Assembly: GCA_030603445.1 (NCBI GenBank)
Contig: JAUVXU010000001.1
Coordinates: 43,924-107,923 of the forward strand
DNA length: 64,000 nt
Direction: 5' to 3'
Source of the DNA: Methanomicrobia archaeon
GTDB lineage: Archaea > Methanobacteriota_B > Thermococci > Methanofastidiosales > NM3
This document shows, one piece after another, positions 49,099-59,371 of this stretch (its first letter is position 1; each line of letters begins with the position of its first letter). The notes below the pieces were generated by a model, which was not told the origin of the DNA, ran no database searches, and was given only the letters and a program-made list of their open reading frames with translations. The translations under genes were made by a program, and so were the position numbers.

Positions 49099-50111
49099 GA
49101 GAATTCCTCCAAAAAAGGTGCATCCAACGATGATATGAATGATTTTAACAACATGGCTGATGCCTCCATATCCCTAATATCTGCCACTTCTGATGGAGTA
49201 TGCATATAGCGCACAGGCAGGCTTAAAAGAGCACCCGGAACGCCAGATTCTTGAATTGTGCGTAGGTTGGTCGGGGTTGCGGCAGGGTATGCTTTTATGG
49301 TGTGGGAAATGTTTTTTCTTTCTGCAATTTTCCTTAACCTATCTGATATGGTATTGTGAATGTTAGGCCCCACTCCTATTATTGGTCCACTCCCCAAAAC
49401 GCGCGTCTTGTTCTTATCAACGCCCTTCATATCACCATGTGTGGCATCAATTGAAATGGCAAACACAGGAGAGCAGAGTGCAATAGCACTTTGTACCCCT
49501 CTTGCCCCGACTTCTTCTTGAGAAGAAAATAAGAAGGCAATATTGTACTGGCTATCAATTATTTTAGAAAGGTGGCACAACACAGCACATCCTGCTCTAT
49601 TGTCTAGCGCCTTGGAGCATATCTTGGTCCCGCCCAAGCTGCGCAAGGGGGAATGGAAGGTAACTGGGTCCCCTATACGCACAAATCTCTCAAGTTCCTC
49701 TTTGGCCAAGCCAGTGTCTATTGGCAAATCTTGAAACTTAGGGATTTTATTTTCTTTGCATATGTGGGGAGGCGGGACACCTATGGTGCCGATAAGTTCC
49801 TTCTTACCATTTATTAATGCCTGTTTTCCAGTCATGATTCGTGGGTCTATTTTGCATATGGGCTCAAGGAATATATACCCATCATCGTCGATATGGCGCA
49901 CAAGGCCGCCTATCTCATCCATATGGGCATCAAGCAGTATTGTTGGCGCGTTTTTGTCCGCTTCCTTAATACAAATAAGATTCCCCATCGGGTCCGTCAT
50001 ATGGGACGTAAAATCACAAATCTTTAGGATGGCGTCAGATACATTGTGTTCATGCCCTGGGACGCCTGATTGTTCGGTTAATATTTTTAAATATTCAAAA
50101 AGAGAGGTCAC
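49089..50111 (-). CDS. M42-family (TET/FrvX) aminopeptidase, paralog 3
   Basis: …DAHMDEIGGLV…, QEEVGARGV. Confidence 0.85.
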   Translation of the reverse strand: MTSLFEYLKILTEQSGVPGHEHNVSDAILKICDFTSHMTDPMGNLICIKEADKNAPTILLDAHMDEIGGLVRHIDDDGYIFLEPICKIDPRIMTGKQALINGKKELIGTIGVPPPHICKENKIPKFQDLPIDTGLAKEELERFVRIGDPVTFHSPLRSLGGTKICSKALDNRAGCAVLCHLSKIIDSQYNIAFLFSSQEEVGARGVQSAIALCSPVFAISIDATHGDMKGVDKNKTRVLGSGPIIGVGPNIHNTISDRLRKIAERKNISHTIKAYPAATPTNLRTIQESGVPGALLSLPVRYMHTPSEVADIRDMEASAMLLKSFISSLDAPFLEEFSCY

Positions 50112-50226
50112 GTTATGATAGTAGGATGGTAAATTAAAAAATGTTTTGATGAACCTGTTTTATGGCAATTGATATTATGAAATAAACCATTACATTTATA
50201 AATTAAAAAAAATCTACATCCCATAG

Positions 50227-50661
50227 GTGAAAACAATGTCTATCATCGGAGTTAGAATTGATAAAATTGAAGCTTCAAGAAATAATCAGACAAAAGTGGA
50301 TGGTCCAGTCAGAATAGGCTCAACGCCAAGGATATTATCACTTATAGAAACCCAGATCAACAGCGGGACAGGAAAGATGAACGTCATTGAGGTCGGTTTT
50401 GAATATTTTACAAATTATGATCCTGCTCTTGGTTCAATACGCGTAAATGGCGTTGTTTGGGCACAGGAAAATGATGATAAGAGGAAAAATATACTTTCCA
50501 AGTGGAAGAAAGATCATGCACTGCCGCCAGAGGTCTCTACCGAGCTGCTAACACATCTTACACAAAGGGCAATGCTTATCACAATGCTGCTTGCTCGTGA
50601 ACTTAGTTTGCCAAGCCCCCTTCCATTAAGGATAAACCAGTCTGAAGAACCTAAAAAGTAA
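50227..50661 (+). CDS. Hypothetical protein (144 aa)
   Basis: ORF with a plausible AT-rich upstream region. No family recognised. Confidence 0.4.
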   Translation: MKTMSIIGVRIDKIEASRNNQTKVDGPVRIGSTPRILSLIETQINSGTGKMNVIEVGFEYFTNYDPALGSIRVNGVVWAQENDDKRKNILSKWKKDHALPPEVSTELLTHLTQRAMLITMLLARELSLPSPLPLRINQSEEPKK

Positions 50662-50682
50662 GACTGCGTTTACTTTTTCTTT

Positions 50683-52008
50683 TTATTTTTCTTTATTTAC
50701 AAAATCTTCTAGTATTTTCTTTAAGTTAAGATTACCTATTTCTTCTAGATCATAGTGCACGCGCACGTAGGGTTTGTGAATTTTCATGATCCGTGTGAGG
50801 TCTATTGGCGTCCCCATAACGACCGCATCGCAGTTAGTCGCAGTAATGGTATCCTGCAGGTCACGAACTTGGGATTTGTTGTAGCCCATTGCCGGAACAA
50901 CGTGTTCTAAGTGAGGATATTTTTCAAATGTTTCCTTAAGCGACCCCACTAGAAACGGCCTTGGATCAACAATTTCTTTCACCCCGTATTTTTGGGCAGC
51001 GATATATCCTGCACCATACCCCATCCCGCCATGGGTCACAGTAGGGCCATCCTCAATGACTAGCACCCGTTTTTCTTTGATAAGGTCCGGATTGTTGATA
51101 GTCACTGGAGATGCAGCTTCTATTATTTCTGCTCCCGGATTGATCATTGATATGTTCTTGCGCACCCTTCTTACCTCCTCCCCACATGCGGTGTCTATTT
51201 TATTTATTATGCATACGTCCGCCATGCGCACATTAGCCTCCCCGGGATAATAGGTAAGTTCATTACCGGAGCGCAGGGGGTCTAGCACAACGATATAAAG
51301 GTCTGAAACATAAAAAGAGAAATCATTGTTGCCACCATCCCACAGGATAATGTCTGCTTCCATTTCCGCCTCACGTATTATCTTTTCATAGTTTACTCCG
51401 GCAAAAACAACAAAACCATTGTCTATGTGCGGCTCGTACTCTTCTCTTTCCTCTATTGTGGTGTTATATTTGTCGAGGTCTTTGTAAGTAGAAAAACGCT
51501 GGCATTCCTGTTCTTGGAGATTTCCATATGGCATTGGGTGGCGGATAACAACAACACGGTAACCCATCTCCTTTAGTTGCAGGGCTATTTTTCGTGTTAC
51601 TTGGCTTTTTCCACTGCCTGTACGGGATGCGCATACAGAAATAAGGGGCTTGTTACATTTTATCATAGTAGTTTTTGGCCCCATTATCCAATAATCGGCA
51701 CCAGCCGCCAGGACTCTTGAACCTAGCTGCATAACATGATCATATGGGAGGTCAGAATATGCCATTATCACTCTATCGATTTTATTTTTCTTTATCAGTT
51801 TCTCTAAATCCGCTTCTGGATATATGGGGATGCCTTCTGGATACAAGTCTCCAGTGAGTTTAGAAGGATATCTTCTTTTATCTATATCTGGTATCTGTGC
51901 AGCTGTGAAACACACGACATCATACTTGGAATTATCTTTGAAGTAAACGTTGAAGTTTTGAAAATCCCTTCCGGCAGCACCTAAAATAATTACTTTCGTT
52001 TTGTTCAT
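50683..52008 (-). CDS. Cyclic 2,3-diphosphoglycerate synthetase-like protein (COG2403 family)
   Basis: 441 aa with an N-terminal Rossmann-like segment (KVIILGAAGRDFQNF) and a P-loop (SRTGSGKSQVTRKIA). Size and layout recall methanogen cDPG synthetase. This is not verified. Confidence 0.5.
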   Translation of the reverse strand: MNKTKVIILGAAGRDFQNFNVYFKDNSKYDVVCFTAAQIPDIDKRRYPSKLTGDLYPEGIPIYPEADLEKLIKKNKIDRVIMAYSDLPYDHVMQLGSRVLAAGADYWIMGPKTTMIKCNKPLISVCASRTGSGKSQVTRKIALQLKEMGYRVVVIRHPMPYGNLQEQECQRFSTYKDLDKYNTTIEEREEYEPHIDNGFVVFAGVNYEKIIREAEMEADIILWDGGNNDFSFYVSDLYIVVLDPLRSGNELTYYPGEANVRMADVCIINKIDTACGEEVRRVRKNISMINPGAEIIEAASPVTINNPDLIKEKRVLVIEDGPTVTHGGMGYGAGYIAAQKYGVKEIVDPRPFLVGSLKETFEKYPHLEHVVPAMGYNKSQVRDLQDTITATNCDAVVMGTPIDLTRIMKIHKPYVRVHYDLEEIGNLNLKKILEDFVNKEK

Positions 52009-52077
52009 AACCCTTCCACCATTTAATGTATTGAAAAATAAGTTTTATATATCTTATCCATTTACCACGCAAGTATT

Positions 52078-54336
52078 CTATTTTGCATATTGTTTTATGA
52101 TAAAGAGCAAGGTCGCGAAGGTGGAGGGATGGAGATATGATGGTATTTTTTTGGAGTTCACGTATATTTCTGGCATCTTGCCTTCCCATTCTGTGATAAA
52201 GTACCGTAATTTTCCACCAGAATAAAACGATGCACGCAGCACATTGTTAATAATATCATTTGAGATATCAGAATCCTTTTTGAGAAACATTTCAATAGTG
52301 ACAACAGGTAAGCGCCTTAGTTCTTGGATGTTTTTATCAGAAATTCCTCTTTTTGGAGTTTGTACCATGCTTCCGTGGTGCGCCCGGATTAGTGGGACAT
52401 GGGCACCCTTCCCATACAATGCGAACAAGCCGTCATAGTGGCATGATGCAAGTATTGCCCCAGGAGATTTTGCATTAAACGATGACAAGGGATACTTTTC
52501 ATTTGATTTAATGTCTAGAGTTCCAATTATATTACTACAAGTCTTTTGTTTACAAATGTTTGTGCATCGCTGGGCATTGCATGAGATGTATATGTCATTG
52601 TATGTTTCCTCTACTCTGCGCACAAACTGCAAGAATGCATTTACATTATTAACAGGTCCAGTATATAGCTGGCCATTAGTGATTATAATTGGTGTTTCCA
52701 CAAAACCACTGTACACTGCCTTATAGTAGTCGGCTGATTTTTCATCATAATATATGTTGTGTTTGTGCACAATATAGTCTGAGGAACCCTCAAGCCGCAT
52801 TATGGGATTTGACAGTTCCGTATGTGATTTGTAGAATACATCAATATAAACCGGCCGTTTCCATATATGCACTCGAGGTGCATCTACTTTTGGGATAGGC
52901 GGTTTAGGGGCCGGCCTTGTAACAGTGGTAGTGAATTTATTTGTAGATTCTTGGATGCGGGGTTCTCTTTCACGTTTTATTTTTATTTTTGGAAGTTTAA
53001 ATTGGGGGCGTGGCACACTAAATTGCGGTTTGTAATCAAATGAGATTGTAAGGGCGCCTGAAACTCTTTTGCATGCCTCAACACATTCACCACAAAGAGT
53101 ACAGTTTGTCTGTTCTTTATTTATTGTGTCAAAAATTATATTGGGTATGGAGCGCTTCTCTTGTTGTTTTTTTAGAAATAGTTCAGGGGATAGTTCCATA
53201 GGGCATGCTTTTTTGCATAGCCCACAAGAAATGCACCTGCTCTCATCTAGCTTTAATCGCAATAATGAAAAGCGATTGAAGTGTCCTGCAAGATGCCCCA
53301 ATGGGCAGAAGAATCTGCACCAGAAGCGTGAAACAACTATAGCAATTAGAAGTAGTGATGTGAAAATTACCACACGCATAACAAAGAGAGTGTCAGAGAA
53401 CACGTTGTGGGACAATCTGTATGGAAGTGCAGCTTCAAGCAGGCCTGCTGGGCACAACTTGCAAAACATTGTGTCAACAAACTCCCATGCAAACAAAATT
53501 AGGGCAATAAATACTATGGTGCGGGTTAAGTAAGTCAAGGCGCCCAAATGGTCTAAGCGAGGCCTTGCCGATTTTTTCGGCATGCCGGATATTTTTTTCC
53601 TAAGCAGTATGCATTTAATTCTGTAAAGATCATGGCTCAAATTTGTTCGGCTATACTTCACATTAGTTATTTTATCAACAACGTCATGTAGGAATCCGAA
53701 AGGACAGGCCCAACCACAAAACGCCCGGCCAACTATTGCGAAGAGGGTAAGGAAGTAACCCAAAAGATAGTAAGGTATCTCGCCCATAATGACCCAGTTC
53801 TGGAGTAGTCCAATAGGACAACCAGCAGTTGCCCACGGGCATGCATAACAGTGAAGACCGGGTGCTATTAGATGTTTTGCAACTATTCCCAGCGCCCCTA
53901 AATTGAACATTATGAGGGAGAATGTTTGGTAGATTTTTCTCCTGTTCGAAAGTGAGCTGTTTAGTTTTAGTATGATATATGTAAATAATATTATTCCAAT
54001 TGCAAGCAGTATCGTACCGGGCCAAATAGCAATATTTGTGGATTCTTTTGATCCAGTTATCTCATAGCGTACGAGAGCCAGACCATATAACGCGGTAGAG
54101 CTAAGAAAAATGGTTACAAAGAATACATACTTCTTATTAAGGATGTTTGATGCCCCTATACCCAAAAGAACTATACCACAATATCCCATAGTAAGTGTCA
54201 CTGCAGAATACCCTTTTGTCCCGAGTATTCCTGTGATCATGGATAGCAGGCTAACAAGCACTATTACTGTGCCTATGGTCACCATGATTTTCCAGGCGAT
54301 ATTTTGATCATTATTCGTTTTTTTCTGCTGTTCCAA
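52078..54336 (-). CDS. NapH/MauN-like membrane polyferredoxin fused to a ~350-aa C-terminal domain of unknown function
   Basis: There are multiple TM helices, then CGWACPFGFLHD…, CPLGHL…, CISCGLCKKACP, CTLCGECVEAC iron-sulfur motifs. These are followed by a Pro/Lys-rich linker and an uncharacterised Cys-containing domain. Confidence 0.6.
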   Translation of the reverse strand: MEQQKKTNNDQNIAWKIMVTIGTVIVLVSLLSMITGILGTKGYSAVTLTMGYCGIVLLGIGASNILNKKYVFFVTIFLSSTALYGLALVRYEITGSKESTNIAIWPGTILLAIGIILFTYIILKLNSSLSNRRKIYQTFSLIMFNLGALGIVAKHLIAPGLHCYACPWATAGCPIGLLQNWVIMGEIPYYLLGYFLTLFAIVGRAFCGWACPFGFLHDVVDKITNVKYSRTNLSHDLYRIKCILLRKKISGMPKKSARPRLDHLGALTYLTRTIVFIALILFAWEFVDTMFCKLCPAGLLEAALPYRLSHNVFSDTLFVMRVVIFTSLLLIAIVVSRFWCRFFCPLGHLAGHFNRFSLLRLKLDESRCISCGLCKKACPMELSPELFLKKQQEKRSIPNIIFDTINKEQTNCTLCGECVEACKRVSGALTISFDYKPQFSVPRPQFKLPKIKIKREREPRIQESTNKFTTTVTRPAPKPPIPKVDAPRVHIWKRPVYIDVFYKSHTELSNPIMRLEGSSDYIVHKHNIYYDEKSADYYKAVYSGFVETPIIITNGQLYTGPVNNVNAFLQFVRRVEETYNDIYISCNAQRCTNICKQKTCSNIIGTLDIKSNEKYPLSSFNAKSPGAILASCHYDGLFALYGKGAHVPLIRAHHGSMVQTPKRGISDKNIQELRRLPVVTIEMFLKKDSDISNDIINNVLRASFYSGGKLRYFITEWEGKMPEIYVNSKKIPSYLHPSTFATLLFIIKQYAK

Positions 54337-54856
54337 GCTCTACCACCATATCAATAACTTGAATAATATACCGTATGTCGTCTGGCCTTGGGTAGTTGGT
54401 AATGTAAGACTCATAAAGCCAGCTTTTGTAGTCATTGTTTTCGTTGGTTACCACGACCCAGGGCACACCAACGCTCTCAGCACCTGAATCATACATGGCT
54501 GCAAGCTCACGAAATAGTTCGACATCGTTGTCATATTTTACCTCAATGGCGGTCACGTTTTCGGAGAATCTGGCAAGCTCTTGGCACATTGCAATGACAC
54601 GAGGGCAAGATTTACAGGTTTCCGTAGAAAAGATGTATATGGTAATATCTTGTTCGAACTCCGTGTATTGTATTTTGGTCAAGTCATCTATTACTAAATA
54701 ATCGCTTGTTGTATTTGTGATACCCAAACAAGAGAGGCATATCACAGAAGATATATTCCTGCTCCTGGTCACATCATCGTATTGTGGGAGGACACCAATA
54801 ATTAGAAAAATGATGCCAAGAATCAAAATAATATACGGAGCAAGTCTTTTTCTCAT
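54311..54856 (-). CDS. Membrane-anchored thioredoxin-like protein (CxxC)
   Basis: It has an N-terminal TM anchor and an FSTETCKSCP CxxC motif in a thioredoxin-fold context. Confidence 0.5.
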   Translation of the reverse strand: MRKRLAPYIILILGIIFLIIGVLPQYDDVTRSRNISSVICLSCLGITNTTSDYLVIDDLTKIQYTEFEQDITIYIFSTETCKSCPRVIAMCQELARFSENVTAIEVKYDNDVELFRELAAMYDSGAESVGVPWVVVTNENNDYKSWLYESYITNYPRPDDIRYIIQVIDMVVELGTAEKNE

Positions 54857-55527
54857 ATCGTTCTACCTCTATTCACACCCAAATAAAGCTTTTCATACAA
54901 TTCATTCCAGTCTAATTTAGTCTCGATGCATCCAAGTGTTTCCAATAATACGCCCTGCACAGCGATACCGGCGTTTTGAACCGCCTTCATACCTTCTGCT
55001 AGGTCAGCAAAACAACCTACCCCAAGCACTGCTTTTGGATGCTCCATCTTAACGATCCTTTGCACGAAAGTTCCACCCGGAACAATAAATACTTTGTACC
55101 CCAATTGTTCAGCATTCAATTTGAAATCATCAATGGGGCATTTTTTGCATCCTGCACAGTTAATTCCATACTTCGAGGATAATTTAGCAGGGCAAGAAAT
55201 AGAACGCAGGCATTGCGGTAAAACTACGATACGCTTTTTAAGATCCGTTTTTGAAAATTTATTTTCATTTATGCGATTTTTTAATTGTATGTCTAGCAAG
55301 TCTATTGTATTAGGTTTTATTTTAAGAAGGATCATTATGCCTTTGAAGATGGGATGAAGTGTATCAATAAGGAAGGATTGAAATGTGGGAAAAATAAATA
55401 TTTTAGTGTGGATTGAAATAATAAATTGTAAAAGGCCAATTACAACAAGCAGGATAATTATGATGAGTAAATAAAAAACTGCCTCCCCAATTATTTGAAA
55501 CAACGATGTGTCAAGAGTTAAAATCAT
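54853..55527 (-). CDS. DUF116-family membrane protein
   Basis: N-terminal TM helices are followed by a conserved Cys-rich cytoplasmic domain (VLPQCLRSISCP…CAGCKKCP…GYKVFIVPGGT). Confidence 0.55.
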   Translation of the reverse strand: MILTLDTSLFQIIGEAVFYLLIIIILLVVIGLLQFIISIHTKIFIFPTFQSFLIDTLHPIFKGIMILLKIKPNTIDLLDIQLKNRINENKFSKTDLKKRIVVLPQCLRSISCPAKLSSKYGINCAGCKKCPIDDFKLNAEQLGYKVFIVPGGTFVQRIVKMEHPKAVLGVGCFADLAEGMKAVQNAGIAVQGVLLETLGCIETKLDWNELYEKLYLGVNRGRTI

Positions 55528-55660
55528 ATTATCTACCTTACTTATAAGAGATTGTTTTTAATATTATACTTAAATATTTCTAGAAAACTTTCAAAATTCT
55601 CTAACAGTAAATTTATAAAAGTAATGGAAAAGATTAATAAAAGGACAACCTTAGCTAAGG

Positions 55661-55909
55661 ATGGTGAAAAAGGAAATGGAAATGACACCTGAGGAAATAG
55701 AAGAAACAGATAGACAAAACATCAAACGTGTTTTCGAGGTTACAGGCCTATCGTTAAAAGACGACAAATGTGAAGATATCAGAAAGGCGATGCTTAAGGC
55801 TATTGCATTAAAACAAATCGCAGCAACGGCACTAGTTGACGGCGATGCAAAGGATCCTGACGTACTTGTAGCACTATATACTGTTGCATTATCTTCCCTT
55901 GTTAAGTGA
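55661..55909 (+). CDS. Small acidic hypothetical protein (82 aa)
   Basis: ORF whose stop overlaps the downstream start (ATGA). Confidence 0.35.
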   Translation: MVKKEMEMTPEEIEETDRQNIKRVFEVTGLSLKDDKCEDIRKAMLKAIALKQIAATALVDGDAKDPDVLVALYTVALSSLVK

Positions 55910-57030
55910 AAGTAATGGTATTTCGAAAATATTATGCTCTGATAGTAGTGGTTGTTATATTTGGGGCTTTATTATTTAGCTTTAATATACAAAGATATTT
56001 TGCCCCCCTCTCTTCTTTTGAAGATCCCTTGCAACAGGACAATGATTATTTTTCTATAGGGAAATATCCCTTTGGTTATAATGGGGCATGCATGGTTACT
56101 GTCGATGATGTTTCTTTTTGGACTTTGACAGAAGAGTTGCAATCATTACGAGAAATCACGCGATTGCATGGCGTGCATGCAACATATTTTGTTATACCGG
56201 CGCATGGTGGAGCAGCATATCCCATTTCAAATAACATGGAAGTAGTGGAATTACTGCTTAAATGCATGGGAGAGGGAGATGAAGTGGCCCTACACGGATA
56301 CACACATTCCCCCACCACCGAGCTTAAAGGAAAATCCAGGGCAGATCAAGAAGAGATAATACGCAAAGGATTAGCGGAACTGACAAATATATTTGGCCCA
56401 GTATATGGTTTTAGGCCGCCTGCATTTTGGAAAAATACAGCCACATATTCTGTGCTTGAGGAACTGGAGTTTTTGTACTGTGCATCTGCTTGTGTGTTTA
56501 ATGTGAATCCTTACCATCCTTTTGACACATTCTCTCCTTTCTTTGGAGAGGAGATCAACCTTATTGAGATCCCTTGTTTCCCTACCGATTATCTGGCAAA
56601 CATAACATCCGAGAACTCTTCTGAACAACTATTCAAACTCAAAACGCGTTTTGATGGCTGTTATGAAAAAGGTGCGCCATTTGTGTTTTTTTCACATTTG
56701 GAGACTCTTTTATATATTGATAAATCTTCGGGACGCTATGAGGGATTAAGTGCTCTTGATAATTTCCTTAGTTATACACACTCGCTAAATATGTGGATGC
56801 CCACTATGTTAGAATATGCAAAATGGCAGATTTTTTTAGAAGACATTAAAATAAGCTATAATATCTCTTCAAATAAGATTAATATTTCAATGATGTCGGA
56901 TGATGTCATTGATGGCATTACAATATATATGAATCTCCCCGATGACATCAATGATGTTACAATATCTTTTAATAACGTAGTTTGTTACAAATGCGATACA
57001 TGCTCCAAGAACGAGATTATTATTCTCTAA
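55906..57030 (+). CDS. Membrane-anchored polysaccharide deacetylase-like (CE4/DUF2334-like) protein
   Basis: An N-terminal TM is followed by TVDDV (a TFDDG-like motif) and ALHGYTHSP (an H-x-x-x-H-like motif). Confidence 0.45.
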   Translation: MKVMVFRKYYALIVVVVIFGALLFSFNIQRYFAPLSSFEDPLQQDNDYFSIGKYPFGYNGACMVTVDDVSFWTLTEELQSLREITRLHGVHATYFVIPAHGGAAYPISNNMEVVELLLKCMGEGDEVALHGYTHSPTTELKGKSRADQEEIIRKGLAELTNIFGPVYGFRPPAFWKNTATYSVLEELEFLYCASACVFNVNPYHPFDTFSPFFGEEINLIEIPCFPTDYLANITSENSSEQLFKLKTRFDGCYEKGAPFVFFSHLETLLYIDKSSGRYEGLSALDNFLSYTHSLNMWMPTMLEYAKWQIFLEDIKISYNISSNKINISMMSDDVIDGITIYMNLPDDINDVTISFNNVVCYKCDTCSKNEIIIL

Positions 57031-58268
57031 TAATATACTATTTTTTCTTTTATGTGTTCTATGGCCAAATGACCTTTGTATATTTTTTTCTCCGCTTTCT
57101 TGAGGTAAGTTCCCATGCCTCTTCCATTCTTGATAATATCTTCAATGAGGTCATTAACATCACAATACTTCCGTTTTCGAAATGAATATAGTTTTCCTTT
57201 TTCGACATAAGTTTTGGGATTGACGTGTTTAAATTTTGATACATTATCGTAGTTATCTATTGGGGGGCCAACATGTTTTTTAAATTCAGGAAGAGATTTT
57301 ATCTCAACGTCAATTGCCACTCCTCTTTCATAAACCCCATGTTTATATATGGAAAATCCATAATGTTCACACTCTTGAACAGTAGACTCTACGAACCTCC
57401 TAGCTTGGGCATAGAATGTAGATTCATGTACGTCTGTATAAAGATCTATTAATATTAATAATCCACTATCTACAGAGTCATATCCTTTTTTAGGGCCAAT
57501 AAACATCGTGTTGTCCTTTGTCTCTTCATAGGTGTGGCAGGCATCCATAAATAAGGAGAAAGAATTAAGAGATACAGCAGAGGCAACATTGCGTTTTGGG
57601 TCTACAGGGTCCACAACAATCAATGGGTCAGAGAATTCCTTTACTGGGTCTATGAAATTTATTTGGGTGCCTATTTTCCATTTTGTTGCATTAGCAACTA
57701 AATTGATAAACGTTCTATAGTGTATTATTAATAATTCACAAAGATATCCAGAAAATCCATTTGTCCTTGAATCTGCACCATATATTTTCTGTGCTTTTAA
57801 GAATCGTTTGAGTAATCTAACTTCATCCCTTTGCTCAGGCTTTAAATTAGCTAAGACATATTCCAAGTGAAAAGGCGTTCTATCAACAGCAGAAATAATC
57901 TCGGGCGCTGTTTGCACGTTGTAGCATGGAACTAATTCAACAGAGAATTTATCGACAATTCCCGATACGTAAGGATGTTCAGCATAGGATATTTTATATT
58001 GAATTCCAAGATGTCTGAATACAGATTTACCTATTTCAATGCCTTCTTTTACTAATATTCTTATCGGCGTATTAGGTGGGAAAAAAATGAAAATGTCCAG
58101 ATCTTTATCATTTTTTAGAAAAGTGTCTTTTGCTACCGATCCAACTAAAATTGATTCTTTGCCATAATCAGATTTTATATAGGAATATATTTTTTTATAT
58201 ATCTCGATGGCATTATCCTTTTCTTCATCGGAGGGTCGGATATTGTTTTTTATAGTATCTAGGTTCAT
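57027..58268 (-). CDS. cca: CCA-adding enzyme (archaeal class I tRNA nucleotidyltransferase)
   Basis: The nucleotidyltransferase motif is GSVAKDTFL…DLDIFIFF. The size and architecture match archaeal CCA enzymes. Confidence 0.88.
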   Translation of the reverse strand: MNLDTIKNNIRPSDEEKDNAIEIYKKIYSYIKSDYGKESILVGSVAKDTFLKNDKDLDIFIFFPPNTPIRILVKEGIEIGKSVFRHLGIQYKISYAEHPYVSGIVDKFSVELVPCYNVQTAPEIISAVDRTPFHLEYVLANLKPEQRDEVRLLKRFLKAQKIYGADSRTNGFSGYLCELLIIHYRTFINLVANATKWKIGTQINFIDPVKEFSDPLIVVDPVDPKRNVASAVSLNSFSLFMDACHTYEETKDNTMFIGPKKGYDSVDSGLLILIDLYTDVHESTFYAQARRFVESTVQECEHYGFSIYKHGVYERGVAIDVEIKSLPEFKKHVGPPIDNYDNVSKFKHVNPKTYVEKGKLYSFRKRKYCDVNDLIEDIIKNGRGMGTYLKKAEKKIYKGHLAIEHIKEKIVYY

Positions 58269-58816
58269 AGCTTAAACACCTTTTCATCGGAATACATTGG
58301 TCCATTTGGCGTGAGAACACTTTTTTTCAAATAAATTTTATTTACTTTGTCTTTACCAAGAACAGTATCTTTTAATGACACAATGATATCATTGGTCTTT
58401 TGTTTATTATAAACTTCCTTAACACGCGCAATCGTGATGTGAGGCGAAAATGGCCTTGTTTCCTTAGCAATACCTATTGTAGCAAAATTTGTATCTATAT
58501 TCTTGGATAATTCAAGCATACGGGGGCTGCTACAGCCCACCCATATTATTTTTGGATTTCGCGAATTCGGAAATGCACCAACTTTTTTATAATCAATTTC
58601 AAATTGGGATATATCATTGCATGATTTATTTATAGCTTCAATGATGTCGTTGATGTCATCGTAAGGTTTTTCTCCAATGAATTTCAACGTTATATGCATA
58701 TTATTTTTGGTTGTAAATTTGGCTCGTAAAATAGAATCAGGAAAGTTATACTTCATTTTTTTTATCTTTTCTTTTATTTCATCTGATAATTCTATTGAAA
58801 CAAAGAGGCGTGTCAT
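58265..58816 (-). CDS. thpR: RNA 2',3'-cyclic phosphodiesterase / 2'-5' RNA ligase (2H phosphoesterase, ThpR/LigT)
   Basis: There are two H-x-T/S-x motifs (HITLKF and HITIAR). The start is trimmed to MTRLFVSIEL, giving a 4-nt overlap with the upstream stop. Confidence 0.85.
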   Translation of the reverse strand: MTRLFVSIELSDEIKEKIKKMKYNFPDSILRAKFTTKNNMHITLKFIGEKPYDDINDIIEAINKSCNDISQFEIDYKKVGAFPNSRNPKIIWVGCSSPRMLELSKNIDTNFATIGIAKETRPFSPHITIARVKEVYNKQKTNDIIVSLKDTVLGKDKVNKIYLKKSVLTPNGPMYSDEKVFKL

Positions 58817-59289
58817 CTTATAACTCCATTTCCTCTTGATATTGGTATTTTTTCCCAAGGAAATATTATCCATTTGTCAGTTTCAAATACATAATAATCT
58901 GGATCTATAATACTATGTGATTTTTTTGCTATAACGGCTATTCTTATTTCTTTGGCGTTTTTATTACTCAAATGTTCTTTAATTGCCATAAGGGTTTTAC
59001 CAGTATCAGCGACATCATCAACAATTAAAACGTTTAAATTATCTATTTTATCGGTCAAAGGAACCATAATATTGGGTTTTTCTCTTCTTTTTTCTACATC
59101 TTTATAAAATTTTACATCAACAACCCTCATAAGAATATTATTTGAGATATGAGATAATCTTACGGCAGGAATAAGTCCTCCTCTTGCTACACCTACAATC
59201 ATGTCTGGCGTGAAGTCTTTTAGAATTTCATCTTTTAGAGTCCACACTGCTTCATCAATTTTTATCCAATCTAAATATTCTTTGTTCAT
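58813..59289 (-). CDS. gpt: Xanthine-guanine phosphoribosyltransferase-like purine PRTase
   Basis: Collinear with bacterial Gpt: VARGGLIP, the PRPP motif VLIVDDVADTGKT, and C-terminal DYYVFE…WIIFPWE. Confidence 0.8.
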   Translation of the reverse strand: MNKEYLDWIKIDEAVWTLKDEILKDFTPDMIVGVARGGLIPAVRLSHISNNILMRVVDVKFYKDVEKRREKPNIMVPLTDKIDNLNVLIVDDVADTGKTLMAIKEHLSNKNAKEIRIAVIAKKSHSIIDPDYYVFETDKWIIFPWEKIPISRGNGVIR

Positions 59290-59371
59290 ATCTATATCAC
59301 AAAATTACTCTAGTTTTCATTATATAAATATTGTCATAGCAAGGTTTATATATATTTTTAAGTTATACTAT

